Of a stretch of 64,000 nt of DNA, positions 1-9,309 are shown piece after piece. How positions within the stretch are numbered: the first letter of the stretch is position 1; each line of letters begins with the position of its first letter. The DNA lies in the IMG/VR virus record IMGVR_UViG_3300032245_001163. One strand, given 5' to 3'. The notes under the pieces were generated by a model that saw only the letters and a list, made by a program, of their open reading frames with translations, made no database searches and was not told where the DNA came from. A program made the translations under genes and the position numbers. Origin of the DNA: a virus.

Positions 1-98
1 GGGTTGTAGATGTTCTGAACACGCACATAACTCTGTGCATCTTCCAACATCATTTCTAAAAATAATCGCTGAACGTCAACGCTGTAATCTTTTAACAA
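1..98 (-). CDS. 5' end of probable replicative helicase (gp41/DnaB-like), runs off the window
   Basis: Hand translation from TTG at 98 gives MLKDYSVDVQRLFLEMMLEDAQSYVRVQNIYN, open to the edge. It overlaps the primase 3' end. The helicase call rests on position after primase; no catalytic motifs lie in the window. Confidence 0.5.
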   Translation of the reverse strand, partial: MLKDYSVDVQRLFLEMMLEDAQSYVRVQNIYN

Positions 99-1065
99 GT
101 GCTTTCTTCCTTAACTCAATTTTAATTCTACTGGTCTCTCTTGATTGCATTATAGTTAGCAAGGCACCTAGTCTGCCCAACTTTATCACTGCGTCATTGA
201 CATCTTTGCAGCCCTCGGGCCAGTCAGGTATGCTCACTGCCCAGCCCAGTTCCAACGCACGATCAATTAGTGCGATACCTGCTGTGTCTTGATCTGGTAC
301 CACAATTATGTTACGTCCTAGACTGCGAATCAGTCTTGCTTGTTGATCACTTATGGTATTGTGCATCACAGCAAGGCCACCAATACTGAGTGCATCAAAT
401 ATGCCTTCTGTGACAATCACTGACTGCCAATCCGCATGCTGTAAATCTGTGCCAAACACATAACCGGGTTGAGCATGACTGATAAACTTGGGCTGTTTTC
501 CATCTAGCATCCTAGCAGTCCACCCAACCATGACGTTGTTGTAGGTAAATGGAATGATTACTTGTTCACGTGTCCAATGAACGCCATCATTTTGTATGGC
601 TGTGAGCACAGGAAAGTCCGCAGGTACCTTTCTTGAACGCAAGTAGTTCCAATGAGATTCATGTTCAGGTGTGACTAGTTCTGCGTAAGGCGGCAAGTCG
701 TCAAACTCTTCAAATTTGATATCACTTATAGCGTTCCAGACCTGCTGACGTTCGCTGAGTATGCCGTGTATGTTCTTGTGTCGTAGACTTTCAAGATTCA
801 GCATCTCAATTTCATTGTCTGGCACACCCATCCAGCCTAAGAGTTTTCGAGCCTTATAACTTACACTGCGTCCCAGTATAAAACTGGCTGTGTATGAGCA
901 GTTGAAACAGTGATAACTCCATCCTGCCTCAGTGGCTTTGAGTCCACCTCGTCCACGTCGATCCTGTGTTGATCCATTGTGTTGACAGCATACCGCATTG
1001 AAACTCAACCAACCACTGGGCGTTTGTTTCTTTTTTGCAGGCAGATAAGCAAGGATGTCAAGCAT
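76..1065 (-). CDS. DNA primase (T4 gp61-like)
   Basis: Zn-binding CCQH...CFNC at the N-terminus; TOPRIM motifs VTEGIFDA and VPDQD; KDVND. Confidence 0.9.
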   Translation of the reverse strand: MLDILAYLPAKKKQTPSGWLSFNAVCCQHNGSTQDRRGRGGLKATEAGWSYHCFNCSYTASFILGRSVSYKARKLLGWMGVPDNEIEMLNLESLRHKNIHGILSERQQVWNAISDIKFEEFDDLPPYAELVTPEHESHWNYLRSRKVPADFPVLTAIQNDGVHWTREQVIIPFTYNNVMVGWTARMLDGKQPKFISHAQPGYVFGTDLQHADWQSVIVTEGIFDALSIGGLAVMHNTISDQQARLIRSLGRNIIVVPDQDTAGIALIDRALELGWAVSIPDWPEGCKDVNDAVIKLGRLGALLTIMQSRETSRIKIELRKKALVKRLQR

Positions 1066-1071
1066 CTGTAC

Positions 1072-1100
1072 AGTATAGCAGAGTTTGTGCTATAAAGCAA
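1072..1100 (-). promoter_or_regulatory. sigma70-type promoter of primase, probably leaderless
   Basis: TTGCTT-N17-TATACT with TG extension; ATG 6 nt after the -10 box; no SD. Confidence 0.65.
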
Positions 1101-1103
1101 CAA

Positions 1104-2183
1104 TTAACGATAAAAGATATTGGTAACGTAGCCAGTAGTAATCAACACAGTCACTGCCTGTGCTTCGGTGCCGCCAAAGTTCAAAGGAAGGTATCCTGAT
1201 CCGCCATTGGTCACAGTAATTGCACCAATGCCGCTTGGGCCTGTAAACGGTTCACCAATAGCAGTTGCACCAGCACCATTGCCCAGAATTTGAACACAAG
1301 GTGCAGCCATGTACCCTGTGCCAGCGTTGTTTACTGCAATACCAGTTACTACACCATCTACCACAGTGGCTGTAGCACTGGCACCATAACCTTGGCTGTT
1401 GTTGATTCCCAAGCGCAACAGTGGATGGAAGCCTACAACATTGATGTAAAAAGTGCCCGTTTCGTCAAAATATTCGCGGCTTTCAGTAACATCTACCCAA
1501 ACGGCTTCGTAGTCCTGTGCTGCCTGTACTTTGAGTGTGCCAGTGTAATGCACCAGATCATACTTGATTGTAGTCAAGCTGGCGCCGGTGGTGTTGATGT
1601 GACTTGAGTAATATTCAGTAAGATAATGGTTGCTCAATGGTTGCGGATTCAGTGCCCAGTCCGGCCACGAACTTGGTCCTGTCTGTGGCCAAGAGTTTTT
1701 ACCATTTATGGTAGGAATCGTTACAGGTTGGCTGGGCATAAACTGTGGTAATACTGAATCCACAATATTGCAGTCTGCTCTTGCACCAGCATTGTCATCA
1801 GTAAATGCTGCTTGTATGTAGTTGCCTTGTGTGCGTTCAATGCTGTAGCTGCCCGGTTGTGCTAGTATGTCAATGGTATCAGCAGTGTCCAAAACAACTT
1901 TGACTCGGCCTAAACTGGCACTAAGTACAGTCATGTCTTTTTCAAGCAATAATTCATCGCCAGTTTGGTTCAGCAATCTAAAGCGGAATGTGCTGCCTGT
2001 GATGTTCACCGGTTTTTGGTCTTGGTTGATGAATTCAAACAATAGTACGTTGTCCACGCCTTTGTTGACAGTTAAAGTTTTTGCATACACTGGGTCATAC
2101 CTCGCAGTAAAGTATCCACCACTGGTGTCAATCAATAATACCCGAATGATTTGTTGATATAAGTAAATGGTGGTTGAATACAT
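1104..2183 (-). CDS. probable virion structural protein (baseplate/tail associated)
   Basis: Beta-rich; C-terminal V-x-N-x-G-x-G-Y repeats typical of tail/baseplate proteins; late TAAATA box at 2199-2204. Confidence 0.6.
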   Translation of the reverse strand: MYSTTIYLYQQIIRVLLIDTSGGYFTARYDPVYAKTLTVNKGVDNVLLFEFINQDQKPVNITGSTFRFRLLNQTGDELLLEKDMTVLSASLGRVKVVLDTADTIDILAQPGSYSIERTQGNYIQAAFTDDNAGARADCNIVDSVLPQFMPSQPVTIPTINGKNSWPQTGPSSWPDWALNPQPLSNHYLTEYYSSHINTTGASLTTIKYDLVHYTGTLKVQAAQDYEAVWVDVTESREYFDETGTFYINVVGFHPLLRLGINNSQGYGASATATVVDGVVTGIAVNNAGTGYMAAPCVQILGNGAGATAIGEPFTGPSGIGAITVTNGGSGYLPLNFGGTEAQAVTVLITTGYVTNIFYR

Positions 2184-2203
2184 AGGATCCTCAAAACGTA
2201 TTT

Positions 2204-2581
2204 ATGGGTAATAACATCTTTGAAAAACTGGCGGAAAAATACCCCTTTATAACTCTTTGCGTTTATGCCAGCAACGAGTACATTGGAGTAGTTCAAAACA
2301 GAGACGATGCTGTTACCACCATCTACGACTTTGGTGCTGTACTAACTCAAGAAGACAAACTGGAGTTTTTGGAATTAGCTAACACTTGGTGGTGGGAAAG
2401 CAATAGGAGCATACCTATCAACATATTCCTGCGTGGGGACTGGGAAAAGTTCCGTTTTACCCTGCGCACATTCAGCAACAAAGACTTGGAAATCCTACAC
2501 GGGCCTGTGTGCAGCCTAGTAGATATTGCTCGCAAAAAGAGCAAGCGCAAATCAATCACACTAGTTCGTCGTATTGAGTAA
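2204..2581 (+). CDS. hypothetical protein
   Basis: 125-aa ORF filling the gap; WWWESNRSIPINIFL motif; overlaps the 3' end of the DnaE-like gene convergently. Confidence 0.7.
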   Translation: MGNNIFEKLAEKYPFITLCVYASNEYIGVVQNRDDAVTTIYDFGAVLTQEDKLEFLELANTWWWESNRSIPINIFLRGDWEKFRFTLRTFSNKDLEILHGPVCSLVDIARKKSKRKSITLVRRIE

Positions 2582-3130
2582 GTTCATGTGCAGGGCCACC
2601 AAGGCCGCATAGCTTACAGCGTGTGATTTCTTAAACGTATATCCACGCGATTCATCCCCATCCCATACACTGGCAAACACTTCATCCCAGGGTTTGCGTT
2701 GCAAGTGTGCTTTGCCCGGTCTAATAATTGATATAAAAGCAGCCATCCTGGGTATCGAGTCAGGTTGCATTGCCACCATCAAATCCACGTAGTTGCCCAC
2801 GTGAACCAACTGAGAGGCCCAGGGTCTGTTGGTCCACAGTCTAGACCATGGAGGTGTTGCTGACAACATGGTTTCGTAGTGTGCAGGATCTTGGATCAAC
2901 TGATACACACTCATGTTCAACAAGTCAATTTTGAAATAACCACGCTGTTCTGCAGTCTCATAGTCTATGGCTGCACAACCGTGCTCGAGATCTTGGGGTA
3001 TGTCTGTGATGTAGATGCCCGAGTTGTGCCGGCGTGGCCGACCATCCACCACTTGTCTAGCAGGTGTGTGTTGTATCAGTCCCAGTATCTTTGCACGATC
3101 TGGAACGTCAATGTCAATGTCTGCGCTCAT
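2561..3130 (-). CDS. minimal DNA polymerase III alpha (DnaE)-like catalytic-core protein
   Basis: DnaE motifs in order: ADIDID, RHNSG, FKIDLL, IRPG, YTFKKSHAVSY; only 189 aa. Confidence 0.8.
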   Translation of the reverse strand: MSADIDIDVPDRAKILGLIQHTPARQVVDGRPRRHNSGIYITDIPQDLEHGCAAIDYETAEQRGYFKIDLLNMSVYQLIQDPAHYETMLSATPPWSRLWTNRPWASQLVHVGNYVDLMVAMQPDSIPRMAAFISIIRPGKAHLQRKPWDEVFASVWDGDESRGYTFKKSHAVSYAALVALHMNLLNTTN

Positions 3131-4035
3131 TTAAAATAGTCCCATCCCAGTTTGGCATTGATATATGCTTCTTCAAGCAAGTCTACTTTTGGCATTTGTA
3201 AGAGATTATTATTTTTCAGTTCCATGATGATATTGTCGCATTTGGCTTTGGATTTTTTATATGGTTGATTTTGTAAAAACTCATCATGCAGTTGTTCAAT
3301 ATCTTGCCATTGATTATACTGAAATCCTGTCCAGTCAACAATGTTTTTGATGTCTTGTAAAAATTTATTTTTATCGTAAAAGTGTTTGAATTCAAATTGA
3401 TAAACTTGCTTTGATGCATCATATTTTACTTGATTTTGTCTAACAATAAAATCATGCTGATCAGGATGTTCAAACCCGATTTGAAAGAATTCACGTAATA
3501 TATATCTTGGACAATTGGGATGAGCCGGTGATAATTCTAACAGTATTAATTTATGTAATTCAATGCATTCTTGTTTGATTGATTCTGGTAAATTGTGGAA
3601 ATCAGCCAAGGTGTTCACATCAGGCCATGCTGGGTCTCGTACTGCGTCATAACTATCACGAATTTGATTTGTAAAAAATGCTTTTAGAAGAGTGTCTAAA
3701 CCTTGTTGATAATGTATATTGTTGAATTTATTGTAAGTATCGATTTCCAACAAATCATTATCATACCCATACTCCCCGGATCTGAGAAAAGCAATTTGTT
3801 GAAATGGCAATAAATCATCAACATTGATTCGAATACTGATTATCTTATCAAATTTTAAACGCCTATTCCACCGAGAGTAATGGTCTGCATAAAAAATCTT
3901 TTTTTTTGTATATGTTTTTGCATGTGCTGTGCCATTGACCCTAAAAGGTGTACCAACAGTGATTCCTGCTATTTTATTGCACACAAACTCTAGATAGTTT
4001 CCGTGTGCCCCACCTTGGTAATCAATGTGTATCAT
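3127..4035 (-). CDS. hypothetical protein (possibly sulfotransferase/P-loop-like accessory enzyme)
   Basis: 302-aa AT-rich ORF with ATGA overlaps at both ends; N-terminal DYQGGAHGNYL; internal YDAVRDPAWPD. Confidence 0.6.
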   Translation of the reverse strand: MIHIDYQGGAHGNYLEFVCNKIAGITVGTPFRVNGTAHAKTYTKKKIFYADHYSRWNRRLKFDKIISIRINVDDLLPFQQIAFLRSGEYGYDNDLLEIDTYNKFNNIHYQQGLDTLLKAFFTNQIRDSYDAVRDPAWPDVNTLADFHNLPESIKQECIELHKLILLELSPAHPNCPRYILREFFQIGFEHPDQHDFIVRQNQVKYDASKQVYQFEFKHFYDKNKFLQDIKNIVDWTGFQYNQWQDIEQLHDEFLQNQPYKKSKAKCDNIIMELKNNNLLQMPKVDLLEEAYINAKLGWDYFK

Positions 4036-4388
4036 ACTACTCTACACAAGGCCACTACAGTTTTCAATTGCTGTTCAGCTTCACGCACAGCACCCATGGC
4101 ATCAGCCACAGCAGGATACTGTTCAGCCAGTCGTCGGGCTTCTGCTTCTTCGTCACGCCGTTTACTCACCCAGTCAAGTAAAAGTTCAGCGTCAGGAGTC
4201 AGTCCAACATAGTACTGACCTAGATTAATTGGTTGCCAACTAGTACCGTTGTACAGTTCCAGTCGTTGAGTGTTGGTGTTGTATTGTAATTGTCCAACAC
4301 TCATGTAATTACTGTTGTTGACATAGTTACTACCGGGCCCGCCGGTGACTGAGACATACTTACCAGTTCCATTAATATTACCTATCAT
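4032..4388 (-). CDS. hypothetical protein
   Basis: 118-aa ORF tightly packed in the minus-strand operon. Confidence 0.7.
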   Translation of the reverse strand: MIGNINGTGKYVSVTGGPGSNYVNNSNYMSVGQLQYNTNTQRLELYNGTSWQPINLGQYYVGLTPDAELLLDWVSKRRDEEAEARRLAEQYPAVADAMGAVREAEQQLKTVVALCRVV

Positions 4389-4389
4389 A

Positions 4390-5079
4390 TTACCATCCTG
4401 CTTGTTTCAATATTAGTTTTGCGTATTCAGCATCTGCGGCATAGTCTGCAAATTTCTTTTGCCACACGTCTGAGTCTATGTAAGGCCATATCATGGCCAC
4501 TTGGTCGGCTGTGAGTTCGCCCAGGAACTTCTGTCCTGATTCACAGTTGTATATCACCCAAGGACTGATGCGTCCTGTTGTTACAGCATAGCACATAGCA
4601 TGAGTGCTGCCGTAGCGCAAACAATCATTTGCCGGTGCTGAGTGCTTCTCACTCCAGTCTATGCCAAACTCCACTGCTCGTGCCAGTGCATCTGCCACTG
4701 CTTCTACTTTCAAATAGTCTAATAGATATTCAGTGTAGATTTTATCACTGCCCCAATTGTCAATCTTTTTGTTGTGTTTCAACAACCACTCTGTGAATTG
4801 TCTGGGATTGATGGCCCAAGTGGCCACACAGTATCTGCCAAATTTTACAAATGCTCGGTAGTAAGGAGAGTCTGCAAAGTCATCAAACGTCTTGAGTCTA
4901 GCACTACCTTGTACAATCTCATAAAATCTCAAGTAAGATTGAAAGCCCAGTTCTACGCCACGCTCTGCACGTTCTGATCTGCGGCGTTTGGGCTCACACA
5001 GATGCACCACGAGACTTTCTGCACGTCGAAATGTTTTCTTGCAGTAGCCGCAAGTGAGTTCACTTAGTGTCTCTGCCAT
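4390..5079 (-). CDS. hypothetical protein with N-terminal zinc finger
   Basis: CGYCKKTF...LVVHLC (C2HC). Start probably MAETL at 5079; the ORF track starts at 5100. Confidence 0.7.
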   Translation of the reverse strand: MAETLSELTCGYCKKTFRRAESLVVHLCEPKRRRSERAERGVELGFQSYLRFYEIVQGSARLKTFDDFADSPYYRAFVKFGRYCVATWAINPRQFTEWLLKHNKKIDNWGSDKIYTEYLLDYLKVEAVADALARAVEFGIDWSEKHSAPANDCLRYGSTHAMCYAVTTGRISPWVIYNCESGQKFLGELTADQVAMIWPYIDSDVWQKKFADYAADAEYAKLILKQAGW

Positions 5080-5512
5080 GGTCTCGAATGTATTGATCAA
5101 GTTCTTTCTTTGTGGTCATTGCGGCCAGCATGGCTATTTCATCTTCTTTGTAGGTGGGAAATAACTCTGCCAGTTGCTTTTTGATACTGCTGGCTCCTGC
5201 ACCTGTTTCTTTTTTCTTGGGTGAGATCCAGTTGTGTCTGGGTGTGCCCATGTCTGGACTCACTGTGGTAGCACATAACCACTGCAATTCAGGATGCTTG
5301 TTAATATTAAAAAAGTGTTTGTTCAATCGCTCGTTGGTAGAAATCAAATAAAACTCTTGCAGTTCACGCGAACCTTCCACACAGCTGGCCCAACGAATCA
5401 TGAGATAGTTTGAAAACTTTTTGCGTTCCTCTTCTGTGAGTTCGCGATAAAAGTTTCTGTTCTTGCGATCCAGTTGTCGCATCTCATTGGCAATGTTTAG
5501 TTTGTCGCTCAT
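5060..5512 (-). CDS. clamp loader small subunit (gp62-like)
   Basis: FSNYLMIRWAS...TNERLN...LQW...RHNWISPKKK pattern resembles T4-like gp62; replication operon context. Confidence 0.55.
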   Translation of the reverse strand: MSDKLNIANEMRQLDRKNRNFYRELTEEERKKFSNYLMIRWASCVEGSRELQEFYLISTNERLNKHFFNINKHPELQWLCATTVSPDMGTPRHNWISPKKKETGAGASSIKKQLAELFPTYKEDEIAMLAAMTTKKELDQYIRDHGRDTK

Positions 5513-6204
5513 TTTTCAAACACCAGTCTAATATTTCCATCCAACCATTCATCCATGATGCTTAAATTTACATCAAATATCAAATATTCACAAGGCAGAT
5601 CAGCCAATTGAGTTCTTACATACAAATCGTAATTTATATTGTTATCCTTAGGTAGAAGATTTTTTTCTGATTCTATCATACGTTGTATGTTTACACTTAG
5701 GAACCCCCGTCCCCCGGGTGCTACCATACTGATAAATTCCTCGTAGACCAACCGCAGCTCACTCAATGGTCTAAAGTGCAAGGCATTGATTGAAAAAACT
5801 GATTCAAAATAATTTTGATGAGTTTTAATATATTCAGGATTCACTCGATCTTCTATATCAGGATAGCACAGCTGATGATTGCTTTCGTGATCTGCACCAA
5901 CGCTTTTGTCTACGCCAATGATATTAGGAATGTATTTTTTAAACAGATTGGCTCCACATCCTAAGTCGTATATTGAAGTTGGATTTTTTTCCAACAACCT
6001 TTGCAAATAATAAAATGGTATCATAGAAAACCCTCTAGTTTGCAAAGATACCGCATGTCTAGGAGTAAGACTATCAAAGAATTTATTTTTTTGATCCCAC
6101 CATAAATTGTCAAAGTCCTTGGCTACATTGCGATAAATTTCTGTGGATTCAAATTGTTTTTTAAATTCAACAGGATTGTATGCATTGATGTTTTGTTTCA
6201 TCAC
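5509..6204 (-). CDS. class I SAM-dependent methyltransferase
   Basis: YDLGCGAN motif I, FSINALHF, MVAPGGRG. Confidence 0.8.
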   Translation of the reverse strand: MMKQNINAYNPVEFKKQFESTEIYRNVAKDFDNLWWDQKNKFFDSLTPRHAVSLQTRGFSMIPFYYLQRLLEKNPTSIYDLGCGANLFKKYIPNIIGVDKSVGADHESNHQLCYPDIEDRVNPEYIKTHQNYFESVFSINALHFRPLSELRLVYEEFISMVAPGGRGFLSVNIQRMIESEKNLLPKDNNINYDLYVRTQLADLPCEYLIFDVNLSIMDEWLDGNIRLVFEK

Positions 6205-6500
6205 TCATCTACTTTGATCAACTTGTATATCATTATAACACGTTCCAAGGCATCTTGCAAAGCAGGATTGGTCCGGGCCATGCGGTGAATTTCTGCCCAC
6301 AGTTTGGTTTCACGGAGATGATCAACCAAGGGTCTACCATCTGATGTTCTACTGTCATAGTCAACGTGATGTCCCGACACAGGATCGTATCCGTAGCCTA
6401 TGAGTTGTCTGGTACTGGGATCAGCGCCCACTTCACGTGCATACACTTCATTGCCCACACGCTCGTAGACGTAGGTAGCGTCAGGTTTAAGGGTTCCCAT
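6201..6500 (-). CDS. hypothetical protein
   Basis: MGTLKPDATYVYER...; start probably 6500 (track 6512). Confidence 0.7.
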   Translation of the reverse strand: MGTLKPDATYVYERVGNEVYAREVGADPSTRQLIGYGYDPVSGHHVDYDSRTSDGRPLVDHLRETKLWAEIHRMARTNPALQDALERVIMIYKLIKVDE

Positions 6501-6633
6501 ACCGGTAGCCATATTGAGTGTGTGCCCAGCGCAGGAATCTTTCTAGTTGTTCCTGGTCGTCCGGATAACTCTCTAGGTAAATCTTTACCAGACGATTTAG
6601 TGTTTCAAACATTTGTGGTTCAGTATAAGGCAT
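6487..6633 (-). CDS. small hypothetical protein (48 aa, not in ORF track)
   Basis: ATG 1 nt after the upstream stop; MPYTEPQMFETLNRLVKIYLESYPDDQEQLERFLRWAHTQYGYRYGNP; fills the gap. Confidence 0.65.
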   Translation of the reverse strand: MPYTEPQMFETLNRLVKIYLESYPDDQEQLERFLRWAHTQYGYRYGNP

Positions 6634-6634
6634 A

Positions 6635-7135
6635 TTACCAACTCTTGTTGTAGTCTACTATTTCACAGTTGCGACTGATATCTTTGACAAAATATACACA
6701 GTCAGGATCAGGGTCATCGTTGAGTGGCACTGCTAACAGTTGCCCGTTCTTGAGTTTGGGTGCATACCAACTCACTTCATGATACACATCTAGTATTTCA
6801 ATGTCTGGAAATGACGGACGAAAACTGGTCAGTGGGTTAAACTGGAACACTCTAAAGCCACGATCATTAATTGAAGTCAGTGGCAACACTTCCAAGTCGC
6901 CTATTTCAGGTTCACCAATTAGGATCTGCCAGTCCATGGGCATTTTGATAGTATTCTCGCCAATACGTAGCACAAGTGCAGGTGCATTGAAACTCTCTAA
7001 AAAGATCAAGGGAATGAAATGATAATCTGGCTCTTGCGGATTTGAGTTATCTAAAATAGCAAACCGCATGTCATCTACTTCTTCAGGCAAGTGATCTAAA
7101 TCGTAATGTTGATTTTCTAATGTTAATATTCGCAT
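6635..7135 (-). CDS. hypothetical protein
   Basis: 166-aa acidic ORF with its own promoter. Confidence 0.75.
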   Translation of the reverse strand: MRILTLENQHYDLDHLPEEVDDMRFAILDNSNPQEPDYHFIPLIFLESFNAPALVLRIGENTIKMPMDWQILIGEPEIGDLEVLPLTSINDRGFRVFQFNPLTSFRPSFPDIEILDVYHEVSWYAPKLKNGQLLAVPLNDDPDPDCVYFVKDISRNCEIVDYNKSW

Positions 7136-7141
7136 GTTTAC

Positions 7142-7170
7142 AGTTTACATTGTTTTTGTTGATTTGTCAA
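7142..7170 (-). promoter_or_regulatory. sigma70-type promoter, probably leaderless
   Basis: TTGACA-N17-TAAACT; ATG (7135) 6 nt downstream. Confidence 0.65.
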
Positions 7171-7843
7171 CTGATTGTTCGATAATTTTTTGTATATTAT
7201 CAGCAATGACTTGTTGTGTGGCTCGGTCAGTATGGAATGGGCAGTCAATTATTCGTTTGCCCATGTCATAAAAATCATATGCCACCTTGCCCACAGATTC
7301 ATCATTGAATCGTATTGGTACAATGTTATTTTTGATTATCTGATCATGCCAATATTCAAACATCCAAGTATCAACTTCAGTTGCCAGCCCGTCGTGATAT
7401 AAATGTTTGAGATACAAGTTTACTGCCAGCACTTGCTCATCGGATATATGCACAAATGGATTATCCTTTAATCCTTGCCATACGGTACTGAATACACTGC
7501 TTTGTAAATCTCCTACGTATGTTGTACCAGTGCTGTCATAGTGAGGATTTGAGTACACAAAATTCTTCAACCCTCGTTTGATATGAAAATTATGTTTGTT
7601 AACCATGAGTTCAACTCGGGACGACCATGTTTGGTTATACACAATAAATTGTGGTTTTAATGCAATCGCTTCGCGTATTTGAAACCATATACCCACATTG
7701 CTCATGCCACCATGTGCTAGACTAACAATTTCATGTCTGTATTGATCTTCTAGCATTTGACTGAAATGCGCACGTTCACCCACCGCTAAAATTGGAATAT
7801 TTGGTGCGGCACAAAAACTATCACCACATACTATTATTTTCAT
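7145..7843 (-). CDS. SGNH/GDSL-like hydrolase-fold protein
   Basis: KIIVCGDSF, SLAHGGMSN, C-terminal PFH; ATGA overlap with uvsW gives a start at 7843. Confidence 0.55.
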   Translation of the reverse strand: MKIIVCGDSFCAAPNIPILAVGERAHFSQMLEDQYRHEIVSLAHGGMSNVGIWFQIREAIALKPQFIVYNQTWSSRVELMVNKHNFHIKRGLKNFVYSNPHYDSTGTTYVGDLQSSVFSTVWQGLKDNPFVHISDEQVLAVNLYLKHLYHDGLATEVDTWMFEYWHDQIIKNNIVPIRFNDESVGKVAYDFYDMGKRIIDCPFHTDRATQQVIADNIQKIIEQSVDKSTKTM

Positions 7844-9309
7844 CCTAGTTTCATCCAATCAAGTTTTTCCTGTGTAAAAGGATAATTGGCTTCTCGATAA
7901 AACTGTTTGCGCTTGGTCAAATGACGCTTGGCAAATTTGCAAGTTGAAGTTATGTCCCAAATTTGGACGTGGTCTTTGTCTTCTGCTTTGCGTATGCCAC
8001 GACCGATTGACTGAATGACACGCACAAAACTCTTACCAGGTTCAACAAGCACAAGATTAAAAATCCTAGGAATATTAATACCAACGGCAGCAACACCATA
8101 AGTCGCCACAATGATTTTATCAACTGCATCTGCTACCTCATCATATTCTGCTTGTCGTTTTGTTCCTTTGGTTGCTCCGGACACAAACACTGCCTTGTCT
8201 CCCAGCCGTGCAACCAATTGCCTACCGCACTCGGTACGATCCACCAACACCAATGTGTTGCCTGTTTCATTTACTTGCCGCACAAGATCTGCCATGGTGT
8301 CTAGTCGTCCTGACTCTTCCAGCAAGTATTTGAGTTCGCTTTGATAGTCCTTGTATTCCACATGGTCAATCAACTGCACAATATTCACATGGCAATTGGC
8401 AAGCACACCTTGTTGTTGCAGTTCATTGGCGCTGAGCTTGCCGATTACAGGACCAAGACTGACCAATAGTGCTTGGCTTTCAAACTTCTCTTTGGGCACA
8501 GTTCCTGTCAATCCCCAGCGAATTGGCACTCGGGCCATGACACCTGTTAACAAGGTTTTGAGTGCGTCTGCTTTGGCCATGTGTACTTCGTCTACAATAA
8601 CGCACACAACATCTTCAAGAAACTCGCCAATGGTACAGTCGCCTACTCCAGCCTTGGTATTCTTCAACAGGTTGTTTAGACTTTGCCATGTGCAAATTGT
8701 GTGCTGGCGTCCGTATTCTTTTCTGTCGCCAAAGTACACACCAACATCTTGTTGCATGTTGATATAGTCTGCTTCGGTTTGTGTAACCAAGCTCTTGTTG
8801 GGCACAATAACAATGCTACGTCCATAAGGAGCCACAGCATTGCTTAGTGCCGCTGTCATGATTGTTTTACCTGCACCTGTTGCTACTTCTTGTATGCATT
8901 GTGGATTGGCCAAAAAGTTGTTGATGATTTCCACTTGGTAGTCTCGCAACATAATGGATTGACCTGCGGCAGGATGTGTCTTGGGCCATTGAACATGTGA
9001 AAAGGATGTTTCTGAGACCTGTTCAAAGTTGAATGTGTTTGAATAGTCACGTTGATCATCCAATTCAACATCATAATCAAACTTTTCCAAGATGGGCATG
9101 ATCTCAGGCAACAAGTTCACATAAGTTGACCCACCCAGTTGAAAGTATGCTACCTTGCCGTCCCAGCGTCCCAGTCGTACAGCAGGCAAATAACGTGCGG
9201 CAGGGTTTTCATATTTGAAAGCATTGACCAGAGTCTTGCGAGCATCCAAGTCCAGGCCTTCGATCTTGATGTTTACTTCATCACGTATTTGTATGGTGCA
9301 TCGTTTCAT
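7840..9309 (-). CDS. uvsW: SF2 DNA helicase, UvsW-like
   Basis: LRDYQ Q-motif, ATGAGKT, DEVH, GLTGT, QSIGRGIR. Confidence 0.88.
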   Translation of the reverse strand: MKRCTIQIRDEVNIKIEGLDLDARKTLVNAFKYENPAARYLPAVRLGRWDGKVAYFQLGGSTYVNLLPEIMPILEKFDYDVELDDQRDYSNTFNFEQVSETSFSHVQWPKTHPAAGQSIMLRDYQVEIINNFLANPQCIQEVATGAGKTIMTAALSNAVAPYGRSIVIVPNKSLVTQTEADYINMQQDVGVYFGDRKEYGRQHTICTWQSLNNLLKNTKAGVGDCTIGEFLEDVVCVIVDEVHMAKADALKTLLTGVMARVPIRWGLTGTVPKEKFESQALLVSLGPVIGKLSANELQQQGVLANCHVNIVQLIDHVEYKDYQSELKYLLEESGRLDTMADLVRQVNETGNTLVLVDRTECGRQLVARLGDKAVFVSGATKGTKRQAEYDEVADAVDKIIVATYGVAAVGINIPRIFNLVLVEPGKSFVRVIQSIGRGIRKAEDKDHVQIWDITSTCKFAKRHLTKRKQFYREANYPFTQEKLDWMKLG

